58,677 nucleotides of DNA, taken from IMG/VR virus record IMGVR_UViG_3300046817_000092, positions 1 to 58,677 of that record, one strand, 5' to 3'. Below the pieces are notes generated by a model, which was given only the letters and a program-made list of their open reading frames with translations, did not search any database and was not told the origin of the DNA. This document shows positions 47,464-57,433 of the stretch, piece after piece. The stretch is from a virus (taxonomy: Duplodnaviria; Caudoviricetes). The position numbers and the translations under genes were made by a program. Each line of letters starts with the position of its first letter. The stretch's first letter is position 1.

Positions 47464-47949
47464 CTACGCCGCGTAGTAGAGATTGGTCGGAGTTGTTGCA
47501 CCAAAGAACCACGGCGTCCAACTCTCAAACGTAATGAGATAATCCGTCATACTCGGATACAATGCGGTTATCGGTGCGCTGAATGCGCTGATGGTTACGT
47601 CACACTTCCAATCTTCTGATTCACCAGCAAATCCCACTTGTAAGAATCCCAGCTTACGGTCGGTTAAGACCGGAGTAAGAGTTGGTGCACCAAACAAAGC
47701 TCGTAACATCAATTTGCGCTCTGCCCAATAACCCGGACTATCGTTCCCAAAGATGCTACCTTCGGCGTGTATGGTCATTGACCCACGAAGGCTATTAGTG
47801 GGATACACACCGTGTTGCTGAGACTTCTCACGGTCGGTTGTCACACGCTGATTGACCGTGATATCGAACTCCTTCAACGGAGACGTATCGCTGTTGAGCG
47901 AATAAACAGTTGATCCGTCAATGTTATGGAAATCACATTTTGTAAGCAT
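47464..47949 (-). CDS. distal tail (Dit-like) protein
   Basis: Directly after the tape measure; HG, R...I..EG, F....PW.F pattern. Confidence 0.7.
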   Translation of the reverse strand: MLTKCDFHNIDGSTVYSLNSDTSPLKEFDITVNQRVTTDREKSQQHGVYPTNSLRGSMTIHAEGSIFGNDSPGYWAERKLMLRALFGAPTLTPVLTDRKLGFLQVGFAGESEDWKCDVTISAFSAPITALYPSMTDYLITFESWTPWFFGATTPTNLYYAA

Positions 47950-50900
47950 TATCTAGTGCCAGGGAACTGGCCCTTTCCACGATTGGTATATCTGTTCTTA
48001 TTGACGAAATGGGCATGCTTAAGTTGTGTTTTAATACTCGCATCTTTGCCAGGAACTGTAACATGATAGTGTGTATGCTGATCACCAGTTTTTCCTGATG
48101 CTGCGGGATGTGGTATGTGAGGCGGTGCCTTGTGACCAGGCTTACCACCTGCACCAGTATTACCGACTGGAAGTCCGGGGAACATATTTTTAATCATGCC
48201 AGTGATAGCATTGGTCATAGCAACATTCTCGTCTCTGAGTCCAGCTACGATTGCTATGGCAATGTTGCGCCCATGCTGACGATATATCTTTAATTGATCT
48301 TTAAGATCCGCAAGTGCAGCATTCTGCGTGGCCTTTGTCTGTGCTCTAATTCCATCAAAATACTTTTTGCGATCAGCAGGAGATAACCCAATGAGTTCCT
48401 GAATTAAAGACTTCCTTTGGCGACCGAATGCATCTGTCCTCATCACACCATCAGGACCCTTTGCCATTAACTCTTTAATTAACTCTGCTGGAGCACCCTT
48501 GCCGCGAAGTTGGTTCAACTGTGCATGGAACGCATGGAATCGAGACAAACTCGCCATTTCGTCCTTAAGCAAGTCTTTACCAGTCAGCATTCCACCCCAT
48601 TGTAAGCGATTTTGAACTCGGGGTGTGTTAACGAATGGGCCAGAGAATAACTCTCCCATCGCAGATTGTTCTTGTCCAAGGAATGTATTGTACATACTCA
48701 TCACGCCCTGCAACACATCTTGGAAAGTAGTTCCTAATGTTTTCGTAGAATCAGTCGCCTGTTGAACTTGATCGTTGTATGCACCTAATACATCATTGAT
48801 GGCAGCAAGCAACACAGGTTGATTCTTGAACTGTGCGTTCAATAGAGCTTCTGCGCCTTCCATCCTTTTCTGTGCTTGAATGTCAAATGGATTCTTTGCA
48901 GCAGCAGTTTTAGCCTTCTCTATCAATGCAATCCAACCTTGAACAGAGCGCACCTTTAGGCTACCAGTGACGCCTGTTTCTCTATCAATCGCATTGGAAA
49001 TGCGTTGTGCGGCGGCTTCCATTTGCAGAGCCTTTGTAAAGGCATTAACGGCCTTCTGATTGGCTCCGATAGCATGTTGATAACGAGGCGAATCCGCAAC
49101 AGCTTGATTAATAGCATGGGCACTAGCAGCCTCTTGTGTTGTTATTGCACCACGAGGTGCTCTCGTAAGTCTACCACCACCAGGCTGTTGTATGTATCTA
49201 ACTCCATTAGAAGTTACAATGTTTGTACTACTTAAGCCGCTCGTACCCCTAGTATGTCCCACAACCGTAGGTGCTGCTGTCGCAAGAGCTTTTCCTAAAA
49301 GGGCCAGTAGTGCTAGACCAGCTAAGAGTGGAGCTAATTCTACCTCAACTGCGCCAACCGTATCACCCAATATACCAACTTCTGTTGATAATTCAGCTGT
49401 GCCAAGTGCGGCAGCTTGAGACGCTAAGCGCCATAGCATGAACGTGCTGACCATTGAAGCTATGCTACCACCAACAATAGCTAGTGAACCGACCAGCACA
49501 CCAAGTATTGCACTCATCGTGATAAAGTACCCAATCGCATGCTTGGTGCTCGTACCTAACCCATTAAACCAATTTATAATAGCTTCAACAGGTTTCGCCA
49601 AAGATACGAACGCTGGGATGGCACCTTGACCTAAAGTAATTATTAAAGCCTGGAACTGGGTTTTAAGTTCTTTTAACTTAACTTCACCAGTCTTACTTAA
49701 AGCTGTCGCAGATGCATTAACGAGTCCCGCGGCCTGTGCAGGAATGTTGCGACTAAATCGATCCAACCCAGGTTGATCTTGCACAGCTACAGTAAATGCT
49801 CTGCGAGCACCAATAAATCCTGTCTGCCCAGAGAACTGCTTAAAGAAGTTTTGTACGAACAGGCCGCCCTTGGCAAGATCGGGGAACTTCTTAACCAATC
49901 GTGTTATAACTTGTTCAAACGGTAATAGGTGCTTACCCGTAGTGTCGGTTATTGTGACACCAACTGCCTTTAGTCCGGCTATAAACTTTTGGTTAGCAAG
50001 TATCTCAACTAATCTCGCATAACCAATTGCTGCGCGGTTATAATTAGGGAACTTAGTTGACAAGAAACTTAATGTTCCAGCCATTTGATCGAATGTATAC
50101 CCTGCGGCTTTCGCTGCGGGTGCGGTTTGATTCAATCCATCAGTAAACTGGCCCATAGTAATACGACCGCGGTTAACGGCATTCTGCATAACATCGAACT
50201 CGTGGGGTAAATTTCTAACACTAGTACCAAAAGTATTCAATAGAGTAATACCAGCCTGTGTAATCTGATCCAAACTGACCAAACCAAAGTTAGCCTTAGT
50301 AACCAGATTAAATTCCTTAATCAGGCTAATTGCTTCTTTAGCCTTCTGCATACTATTTCCCTTTAGGCCAGTCACACCCGAAAGGATTGAATAACCCGAA
50401 GTAGAAAATTCTGATGAACTAGCTACAGCTTTACCTGATGCCATTAATTTCAGGATGCCATCACTTAAAGCACCAGAAATTTGTTTTATCTGTTGAACAC
50501 TGTTTTTCCCAGGAGTAATATCCTGAGTAGCAGCTAATGTAACTTGTGTATTAAATTTAGCAGCCTGGTCAGCAGCATAACCCATTGCTGCTCCAGTAAT
50601 AATACCAAACATTTGTGTTACACGTCCTGCATGTTCTACTGTTCTGGCATAACCCTGCCATCTCTGTACACTTAGTGCCTTATCTTCCATTAAACTTAAA
50701 CGCTCAAGTTGTAGTTCTTGCGCCTTAATAGCCTCTGTTTGAATATCCTCAAACTGAGTTAAGTGGCTCACACGATGTGCTGCATTATCCTCATCGGCTG
50801 CTAACTTTCTAACTGCCGTTGCTTGATTTAGAATAGCCTGTTTTGTGGCATCAACTTGCATCTTTTGGGCTTTTATGAATTGAGAGGATTCATAAGGCGT

Positions 50901-51248
50901 CTGTCCAGGCAAGGCACCTTGTGCTCTAACAACCCTTCGCATTCTTCTAAGTTCAGTCTGCTGTTGAAGTAATCTTGCATTAGATCTTTCTGCTGCAACA
51001 GCTTGAGCCTGTACTGCTTTATCCATAGTTAATCTACGAGAGCCACTTTCGATCGACTTTCTCTCTGCTTCTGCATTACTTCTAGTCAACATAGCTCTTT
51101 GTTGTGCTATCTGCAACTGCTGCTTTTGTCTAGCGACAGTTTGAGCACTACTAAGTTTACCAACATCTGATCCAACACGGCGAATGGCGCTAGAGAGGTA
51201 ATTCTGACCTCTGAATACCATAATTACCTCTCTAGCTGTAACTGCCAT
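47949..51248 (-). CDS. tape measure protein
   Basis: ~1100 aa, Ala-rich helical, TP901-like core (D....AVN.G.IT..Q....L....P.A.A.G), hydrophobic segment; start behind GGAGGTGG. Confidence 0.9.
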   Translation of the reverse strand: MAVTAREVIMVFRGQNYLSSAIRRVGSDVGKLSSAQTVARQKQQLQIAQQRAMLTRSNAEAERKSIESGSRRLTMDKAVQAQAVAAERSNARLLQQQTELRRMRRVVRAQGALPGQTPYESSQFIKAQKMQVDATKQAILNQATAVRKLAADEDNAAHRVSHLTQFEDIQTEAIKAQELQLERLSLMEDKALSVQRWQGYARTVEHAGRVTQMFGIITGAAMGYAADQAAKFNTQVTLAATQDITPGKNSVQQIKQISGALSDGILKLMASGKAVASSSEFSTSGYSILSGVTGLKGNSMQKAKEAISLIKEFNLVTKANFGLVSLDQITQAGITLLNTFGTSVRNLPHEFDVMQNAVNRGRITMGQFTDGLNQTAPAAKAAGYTFDQMAGTLSFLSTKFPNYNRAAIGYARLVEILANQKFIAGLKAVGVTITDTTGKHLLPFEQVITRLVKKFPDLAKGGLFVQNFFKQFSGQTGFIGARRAFTVAVQDQPGLDRFSRNIPAQAAGLVNASATALSKTGEVKLKELKTQFQALIITLGQGAIPAFVSLAKPVEAIINWFNGLGTSTKHAIGYFITMSAILGVLVGSLAIVGGSIASMVSTFMLWRLASQAAALGTAELSTEVGILGDTVGAVEVELAPLLAGLALLALLGKALATAAPTVVGHTRGTSGLSSTNIVTSNGVRYIQQPGGGRLTRAPRGAITTQEAASAHAINQAVADSPRYQHAIGANQKAVNAFTKALQMEAAAQRISNAIDRETGVTGSLKVRSVQGWIALIEKAKTAAAKNPFDIQAQKRMEGAEALLNAQFKNQPVLLAAINDVLGAYNDQVQQATDSTKTLGTTFQDVLQGVMSMYNTFLGQEQSAMGELFSGPFVNTPRVQNRLQWGGMLTGKDLLKDEMASLSRFHAFHAQLNQLRGKGAPAELIKELMAKGPDGVMRTDAFGRQRKSLIQELIGLSPADRKKYFDGIRAQTKATQNAALADLKDQLKIYRQHGRNIAIAIVAGLRDENVAMTNAITGMIKNMFPGLPVGNTGAGGKPGHKAPPHIPHPAASGKTGDQHTHYHVTVPGKDASIKTQLKHAHFVNKNRYTNRGKGQFPGTR

Positions 51249-51249
51249 C

Positions 51250-51564
51250 CTAACTACCACCTCCACTAGTCAGCCGGTCCATTTCCAACTTACGCCAACT
51301 ATCTACATGATCATAAACAACTAACATTCGTTTAATGTCATCTTCATTTTGTTGTAGTACACCACCACTATTAGGAAGCACGTGGAGCCTTTCACATATC
51401 AGAGCTATGTTTATCCACTCCTGCGCTTCATAATAGACCCACGACTCTACGAAACGACTTTCTCCGTCACTGGGAGTTCCATCTGCGTTTGTGTTTCTAA
51501 TCCATCCGTTTTCGACGAATCGACTTCGGCCGTAGATGGTGTATTTGACCGTAGCAGAAAATCC
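51250..51564 (-). CDS. tail assembly chaperone, -1 frameshift extension (G-T)
   Basis: The -1 frame opens right after TGA at GGATTTT (51564-51558) and runs to TAG next to the TMP start; ICERLHVLP..GG.LQQ motif. Confidence 0.8.
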   Translation of the reverse strand, partial: GFSATVKYTIYGRSRFVENGWIRNTNADGTPSDGESRFVESWVYYEAQEWINIALICERLHVLPNSGGVLQQNEDDIKRMLVVYDHVDSWRKLEMDRLTSGGGS

Positions 51565-51983
51565 TCAAACGCTTCCTCATCATCATCATTATTGAGTTTA
51601 TCAATAAGCGTCTCAATCTCCGAACCAACACGAGGATCGAGCATCTTAAGACTCATCGGTCTAGTGAAGTCGATAAGAGAACCATCTGGATTCTGCAAGT
51701 TATGAGTACCAATACAGTACGCAAAGTCGTGGGCCATTGCCCACTCATCATGCGATTCTAACTCAAAGACCTGATCCTGTTCCTGAGCCTGCTTACGATT
51801 CTGGACAGGCTTACTACGCATCATCATCTTAGTAGCCTTACTACGACGACTCAACTTCATGCCGTAAGGCAGAGGACGAAGCATAACGTACCCGGCTTCA
51901 TCACCAGGTACGTTAGGATCAGCTGGTGCTGTCTTTAATTCATGCCTCTCGAACGCGTTCTCATCTACAGTAACTACGGGCAT
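51447..51983 (-). CDS. tail assembly chaperone (G)
   Basis: Between tail tube and TMP; I..HNL...DG motif. Confidence 0.8.
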   Translation of the reverse strand: MPVVTVDENAFERHELKTAPADPNVPGDEAGYVMLRPLPYGMKLSRRSKATKMMMRSKPVQNRKQAQEQDQVFELESHDEWAMAHDFAYCIGTHNLQNPDGSLIDFTRPMSLKMLDPRVGSEIETLIDKLNNDDDEEAFEDFLLRSNTPSTAEVDSSKTDGLETQTQMELPVTEKVVS

Positions 51984-52011
51984 AACTCTCTCCTTATTGG
52001 ATATTACAGTA

Positions 52012-53034
52012 TTACGGTGTTAAGTTAGCAAGTGACTTACAAGTGATCGTGTATGGTGCAGCACCGCTAATACCAATTGAACGACCAGTAACACGAGCCA
52101 TAATTAAATCGCCCATGCCAGTAAGACCAACATCATAAGTGTCATAGTTACTACGACGCGTTATGATCTGTAATGCGCTAGTCGCAGCAGCGAACGTTCC
52201 GCTCACACCACCAGGGTTAATCGACTCCAACTTGATTGCGCGAAGGGTATTAGCCTTCATGTTGTTGTATTCAGTTTTACTCACGAAATCAAGTTCAGTC
52301 TCATAGGTCGCCTCAATCTCACCATACGAGATATACGTAGCAGACCTAGTAGGAACGATCCTGTTCTGCGGAGTACCGTTATAATTAGCACGCCACGTAA
52401 ATCCGTTAAACGTGTTATCACGGCCACCACCGAATGTCGGCGCAGTACCAGCAGTATCAAGATAGATACTGTGTGCATCTGCACCAAGAAGCAGTGGATC
52501 AATCCACGACTGGCTAGGCGCACCAGCAAGGTCAGTTTCAGCAAGACCAAGAATGCCCATTGTGACCTTAAGCACACCATTGTCAATCATGAACTCCCAG
52601 TTGTTAACCACGCAGCCGCTATAAAGGAAGCCAACTGCATCACGAACAATCGCGATACTAAGACCACGACCTGTACCACCAGGATACGTAGAACCGATGT
52701 TAGTCGGCGTCGCAGCATAGTTGTAGACCAGCGAAACCGGGCCAGTCTTTGCAATACTATGCCGAGAAGCAATAAGGAAGTAAGGCAGATAATTCGAGTC
52801 TACCTCCATAACGATATCGCCCTCAACATGGTAGTAAGACTGTCTAACATCGCTGACGATGGCAGACTGTCTAATCTGAGGCGAGTAATACTTAGCCTCA
52901 GTGTACTTCAACGTCTCTGACAAGATCGGACACCATACGCCGACACCTGATGCTGTAGGATCAACAGGCGTACCATACGTTGTTTCAAGGCCGATCCATA
53001 CAGAACCGTTACCTGCAATATCAGCGTTAGGCAT
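52012..53034 (-). CDS. major tail tube protein
   Basis: IG.ETTYGT.V, VEGDI, Y.GC.V, ...E.T...DF motifs. Confidence 0.85.
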   Translation of the reverse strand: MPNADIAGNGSVWIGLETTYGTPVDPTASGVGVWCPILSETLKYTEAKYYSPQIRQSAIVSDVRQSYYHVEGDIVMEVDSNYLPYFLIASRHSIAKTGPVSLVYNYAATPTNIGSTYPGGTGRGLSIAIVRDAVGFLYSGCVVNNWEFMIDNGVLKVTMGILGLAETDLAGAPSQSWIDPLLLGADAHSIYLDTAGTAPTFGGGRDNTFNGFTWRANYNGTPQNRIVPTRSATYISYGEIEATYETELDFVSKTEYNNMKANTLRAIKLESINPGGVSGTFAAATSALQIITRRSNYDTYDVGLTGMGDLIMARVTGRSIGISGAAPYTITCKSLANLTP

Positions 53035-53386
53035 CGTTGCTCACCGCCTTTGAATCAATAACCTCAGTCGGCGCCTCTGGCTTAACAGATTCCTGCACAG
53101 TGGTTGGTGAAGAATCGTCAGAACCTTCCTCAACCTCAGGTGCGGGAACAAGCTGCTTAACCACTTCGTCGCTTAATGAAGTATTGCCCGTTAGTGTAAC
53201 TTCTGGTGAATCATTAAAAGCATCCTCAAGAGTCATACCCCTAGAAGCGACGAAGGAATACTCCATATCTTCATCAACGTCTAGTGTGCCCCCATTGATA
53301 ACGCGGCCTAATCCACTAATACCGAATTCGATGCCATCGTCACCAGTAGGGAACTGAGGATGCTCATACTTTAGCTTATATGTCAT
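53027..53386 (-). CDS. acidic hypothetical virion-region protein
   Basis: 119 aa, coupled to neighbours. Confidence 0.6.
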   Translation of the reverse strand: MTYKLKYEHPQFPTGDDGIEFGISGLGRVINGGTLDVDEDMEYSFVASRGMTLEDAFNDSPEVTLTGNTSLSDEVVKQLVPAPEVEEGSDDSSPTTVQESVKPEAPTEVIDSKAVSNDA

Positions 53387-53387
53387 C

Positions 53388-53840
53388 CTAGAACCTACCT
53401 TCTTGAGTTCCTTGCCACTTTAAGAGGGTACTAACTACTGCATCACCCTTATTCGTTCTTGGCGGCATAGCCCCTGGAGTTTCAGTAACAACCCAACCAG
53501 CTATGATACGTCCACCAAGCGTAAGATCATTTTCAAGAAATGCAACTAGATCAGTTGCAAGTTTAAGATCGTTGTAGTTACGAGTCTGACGATCTTCCGT
53601 CAATTTTGCGTGCATCACATATATGTCTGCCCTAAGTGTGAGCAAGAATGTATGTGTACCATACAATTCTTTCTGAAACTCACCACTCATAACCTGAACA
53701 GCGGGATATGCCGATGCGTGAAATTCATTGTACTTCAAGACATTTTCAAACGGTAATGCACTTCCCTCGATGTAATCCGATATGTACTCGACTACATCTT
53801 CTGGCCGCAATAACCTCGCTGGCGTAACGACAGGACTCAT
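53388..53840 (-). CDS. tail terminator
   Basis: YPAV.V, D.TLGG motif; position. Confidence 0.7.
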   Translation of the reverse strand: MSPVVTPARLLRPEDVVEYISDYIEGSALPFENVLKYNEFHASAYPAVQVMSGEFQKELYGTHTFLLTLRADIYVMHAKLTEDRQTRNYNDLKLATDLVAFLENDLTLGGRIIAGWVVTETPGAMPPRTNKGDAVVSTLLKWQGTQEGRF

Positions 53841-54493
53841 CGTTTACGACCGAATCGTCCACCAGCTATCTGAGGCTGACCAGTCTTTAGGACATTGATT
53901 ATCTGAGACGGTCCATGTATGTTACTGCTGATGCCTGGGAAGTGTACCGGACCATCATCTATATCCTTATCGACCATTGCATTAATATACCGAATGAAAA
54001 TACCCTCAACTGTGTTGATTGCGTCCTCGCTTGCCCCAATGAACATACGTTGGGGCAAGGTTTTTGTTTTAATCCCATAACCAGACGTAACACCTGACTG
54101 GTGATAAGGACCATAGAACGGAAGTTCATCAACACGAAAGATAACTTCTCTTTCAGTTATTAGCCAAGCTGACTCACTTATAGCAGCTTGACGCAACGTA
54201 TCATCACGTTCCAATATTCGGTCAGGAAAACCTAAAGCAAGTTTATCTTTAAGGTAACCATCAGACAGAGCTTGCCAAGGTCTACCATAAGGGTCCATTT
54301 CGTTCTGGAAGTGCATTCTTGTATCATGTATGAATGCTTGGCGTGCTTCCGTTAATGGTACGCCCCAATCTTCAATGTCGTTGGCTAACCTGAACAATTC
54401 TTGTTCGACAACTTCTGGATCGGGGTACCATTCGGCTACGACGAATTGTTCGCCAGTCTCACCAATCGGAAATATGCCAGCAATCTTGCCCAT
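53837..54493 (-). CDS. neck/tail-completion protein (phage virion morphogenesis family)
   Basis: F..E.DP.G.PW..LS..Y, IL, Y..YHQ.G, LPQR.FIG. Confidence 0.8.
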   Translation of the reverse strand: MGKIAGIFPIGETGEQFVVAEWYPDPEVVEQELFRLANDIEDWGVPLTEARQAFIHDTRMHFQNEMDPYGRPWQALSDGYLKDKLALGFPDRILERDDTLRQAAISESAWLITEREVIFRVDELPFYGPYHQSGVTSGYGIKTKTLPQRMFIGASEDAINTVEGIFIRYINAMVDKDIDDGPVHFPGISSNIHGPSQIINVLKTGQPQIAGGRFGRKR

Positions 54494-54499
54494 GATATT

Positions 54500-54607
54500 T
54501 TATGGACGATTCCTTACAGCCCAACCAGTAATAAAGATAGCAACGATAACCAGCAAGAAGATCAGCAGGAAATCAAGCCAACTAAGTGTGGTACTGACTG
54601 CGAGCAT
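54500..54607 (-). CDS. 35-aa membrane peptide, not in ORF track
   Basis: TAATG-coupled start; MLAVSTTLSWLDFLLIFLLVIVAIFITGWAVRNRP. Confidence 0.6.
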   Translation of the reverse strand: MLAVSTTLSWLDFLLIFLLVIVAIFITGWAVRNRP

Positions 54608-54897
54608 TAGACTCTCCGACTCACCTTAACACGAGCAGTAGTCGTAGTAGTCGCCGTAACATCAAACACGCTAAAGTTAACGTGCCCTTCCTCTGCTGCT
54701 GCAACATCAAGCAGACCAGTGGAGTCAAACGTAGTAGCACCAAGAGTGAACTGGCCCTGACGAACCTCAAGACCACCAACAGCACCCTCAGCATAGACAG
54801 CAACTCTAATGACACCAGTGTTCGTAAACCCGGTGCCAGTTAGCTTAATGATATCACCCACACTTACTTCGGCGGGGACGGTTAAAACAACAGCCAT
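54607..54897 (-). CDS. small Ig-like virion protein
   Basis: P..V.VGD.I.LTGTGF pattern. Confidence 0.6.
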   Translation of the reverse strand: MAVVLTVPAEVSVGDIIKLTGTGFTNTGVIRVAVYAEGAVGGLEVRQGQFTLGATTFDSTGLLDVAAAEEGHVNFSVFDVTATTTTTARVKVSRRV

Positions 54898-54918
54898 TTT
54901 TAGCCACCCTTCTTGTTA

Positions 54919-55356
54919 TTAAGCGAACGTCTGATCCATAGTGAATACTGGCAGAGTTGTGTTATCCGGCCAGAAACTCAATATGTTTGATCCAGATGTA
55001 TCAACTGGAGTATCCGTGTCATCGAGTACAACTAAGCTACCACTTTTGATATCTTGAAGCATACCAATAGCTTCGTTATACAAACTCTGAGCATACTCGG
55101 GTATAGTGTCTGATTCCTCCGAGTAGATCGTGCGATACATAAAAGCGGCCGTGAGCCGACCCGCTATTGACCGAATTGTTTCCGGTGTGGTAGTCGGGTC
55201 GGCCCACGATGATAACGTCACTGGTGCAAACAAACCACTTAACTGACCTTTGATAAGTCGCTCTGCTTCGATATTAGGCTTATTTGAATTAGCATCGTCA
55301 ACTGTAATCTTGTCAGATTGCAGCCAAGCCTGTATATCGAGTTTAGATGCGAACAT
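54919..55356 (-). CDS. head-tail adaptor (Mu gp36/DUF1320-like)
   Basis: A...I.G.L, P..IR.IA..L.A, Y.EA...L.DI..G. Confidence 0.75.
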   Translation of the reverse strand: MFASKLDIQAWLQSDKITVDDANSNKPNIEAERLIKGQLSGLFAPVTLSSWADPTTTPETIRSIAGRLTAAFMYRTIYSEESDTIPEYAQSLYNEAIGMLQDIKSGSLVVLDDTDTPVDTSGSNILSFWPDNTTLPVFTMDQTFA

Positions 55357-55358
55357 TG

Positions 55359-55700
55359 TTAAGTGGTAGTCTTGTCGCTACTAGTGTCGGTCTTAGTGGG
55401 ATCGGTCTTAGCATCGTCAGTCTTAGCCGGTTCCTGATTAACAGGCTGGTCAGCCTGCTCAGGAGTACCAACTGCAACCGCTGTGTTGAATGCTGCGAGT
55501 GCATCAGAATTCATACGACTTCTAACGGACTCGTATACACCAACACCTTCCGGGAATTCAACAGGACGAATAACACCTTCTGCCAGGAACTGCTCGAAGT
55601 CACCTTCCGGTAAATCAGCAGCGGTAACTTCGTCACCAGGCTTAAGGTCCTTAGCATCACCCATCTGAATGGGTGCCCACACATATGCTTTATCAGCCAT
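55359..55700 (-). CDS. small capsid-adjacent protein
   Basis: PGD.V......L..GVI motif common downstream of MCP genes. Confidence 0.6.
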   Translation of the reverse strand: MADKAYVWAPIQMGDAKDLKPGDEVTAADLPEGDFEQFLAEGVIRPVEFPEGVGVYESVRSRMNSDALAAFNTAVAVGTPEQADQPVNQEPAKTDDAKTDPTKTDTSSDKTTT

Positions 55701-55717
55701 ATATCATCACCCTTCCG

Positions 55718-56764
55718 TTACGGGATTGTATTAACAGCAGTCTTGATAAGATAGCCAGCGAGCGAGCTAACAACTTTCTGATCGTAAGAGTAAGAAGTAC
55801 GCACAACATCAGTCTTGCGATTCTCCTCACGCCAATTCTCAGTAGGACGAGTAGCTCCACCAGCCTCAGTGTACTCCTGTGCAAACGTCTTAGCAAACGT
55901 AAACGTGCGCTGCCCAGGCGTCTGGTCAACAAGTCCAACCCAAACGTCCTGTCCCCAGAATGTTGAAATGCTCTCAGCAACATCAAGGTTATCAGACGTG
56001 TTATACTTGCTGTCAACAACAAAGATGTTGAGGTCAGCAACAGCAGCATCGGGCAGACCCATTAACTGCTGCCACGCAAGAGGATTGGTAAGTGCAAAGT
56101 TGAGGAAGCGCCTAACAACACGCGGGTGATTCTCAACAACACCCAATGCCTCGAACGGAATAGCAACAGTATTAGGCCAACGGCCCGTGTCAAGATACAC
56201 ACGCTGCCAAGCCGTCTTAAGGTTAGCAACCGGATCACTGTATGCCGTGGTCGGATCACCAGGGGTAACAAGTGCATAGTTGTCCCAACGCGTACCAGTA
56301 CCACCCGACGTTAGAGTAGTAGTGTGGTTGGACGGATACTGCGTGGTATCACGGAACAACGTCGTAACCTTAAGCTCAAGCTCAAGCATAAGAGACTGCA
56401 TAACGAAGTCAGCAGCATCCTGCTCTGGATCAACGTCAATACCAGAAGCATTAGAAGCAATGCCACCCTGACTCTGTAACTGACGACGTTCCTCATCATA
56501 AATCTCGGCCTGGAGTGAATGCTCTTTCGTGTCGAAAATATCCTCACTCCACTTGCGACCCATGATCGTGTTAGCCTGTGTACCCGGCTCACGACGACTA
56601 CGATAGATCAACCTGTTTGAACGGTCGAACACACGATAACGCCCAGACTTAGTAATAACAGGCGTCTCAGGTGCAAGACGAAGTGCATACAGGTTCTGAT
56701 CCTGCCAACCAACTGAGAAGTTGGTCAGGATAGGATCAACGTATAGTCCACTAGGATCATACAT
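55718..56764 (-). CDS. major capsid protein
   Basis: Start moved to MYDPSGLYVDPILTNFSVG; P..PV...G.Y, EH.L, DP, G..PN, HP motifs. Confidence 0.88.
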   Translation of the reverse strand: MYDPSGLYVDPILTNFSVGWQDQNLYALRLAPETPVITKSGRYRVFDRSNRLIYRSRREPGTQANTIMGRKWSEDIFDTKEHSLQAEIYDEERRQLQSQGGIASNASGIDVDPEQDAADFVMQSLMLELELKVTTLFRDTTQYPSNHTTTLTSGGTGTRWDNYALVTPGDPTTAYSDPVANLKTAWQRVYLDTGRWPNTVAIPFEALGVVENHPRVVRRFLNFALTNPLAWQQLMGLPDAAVADLNIFVVDSKYNTSDNLDVAESISTFWGQDVWVGLVDQTPGQRTFTFAKTFAQEYTEAGGATRPTENWREENRKTDVVRTSYSYDQKVVSSLAGYLIKTAVNTIP

Positions 56765-56765
56765 A

Positions 56766-57167
56766 TTATGCCTTCGCTCCTGCAATACCAAGCTGGATTG
56801 CACACTCGTTGCCGAGAGCCGAAGCAGGCTCGACAACCGTACCAAGCACATACAGACCAGCCGTTGCAACAGCAGCACGACCGTTAGCATCAGTCATAAC
56901 AGCCTGACCAACAGTAAGAGCAGCAGAAGCCTCAACGATGGCAATACCATCAGTCTGGACACTAGCACCCTTACCACGAACAATCTCGCTGCCTGACACA
57001 CTAAACAGTGAAACACCGAAGGCCATTTCGCCAGCGACGCTACACTGTACGCACGTCTCGCCATCAGGCGCCGCAGCAGCGGTAGCTAACTTAACGAAAC
57101 GCTTATGCGTAATCGGGCCACCAGCATTCTTACCTTTGGCCTGATCAATATTCATTGTTGCGGGCAT
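56766..57167 (-). CDS. capsid decoration/cement protein (DUF2190-like)
   Basis: GV......G...V...GIA.VEA..A...G..V..DA.GRA. Confidence 0.8.
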   Translation of the reverse strand: MPATMNIDQAKGKNAGGPITHKRFVKLATAAAAPDGETCVQCSVAGEMAFGVSLFSVSGSEIVRGKGASVQTDGIAIVEASAALTVGQAVMTDANGRAAVATAGLYVLGTVVEPASALGNECAIQLGIAGAKA

Positions 57168-57196
57168 TCTTCACCACCTTCTTTAACTCGGAACCA

Positions 57197-57427
57197 TTAA
57201 CCAATTGGTAAATCAAATGTAGACTGTCTTGGAATGATTGGCAATACTCCACCACCACGCACAGAGTGATTAGCTCCTGTTACCGTTAAACTTACATCAG
57301 GCACAGTACCATCTTCTCCTGGCGGTGGTGTAATTCTACGCCAACCATTAGTTGCAGCAAGACCATCAGACCCGATACGATAGTCGGGACCCATACCGGG
57401 TTCCATAAATTGTTCGGGCTGTGCCAT
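57197..57427 (-). CDS. hypothetical protein
   Basis: 76 aa between scaffold and decoration genes. Confidence 0.55.
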   Translation of the reverse strand: MAQPEQFMEPGMGPDYRIGSDGLAATNGWRRITPPPGEDGTVPDVSLTVTGANHSVRGGGVLPIIPRQSTFDLPIG

Positions 57428-57433
57428 GATCTA

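Noticed and set aside
56765-56890. N-terminal extension of the major capsid ORF
   Set aside because: Overlaps the decoration gene; the real start is the ATG at 56764 behind a GGAG RBS.
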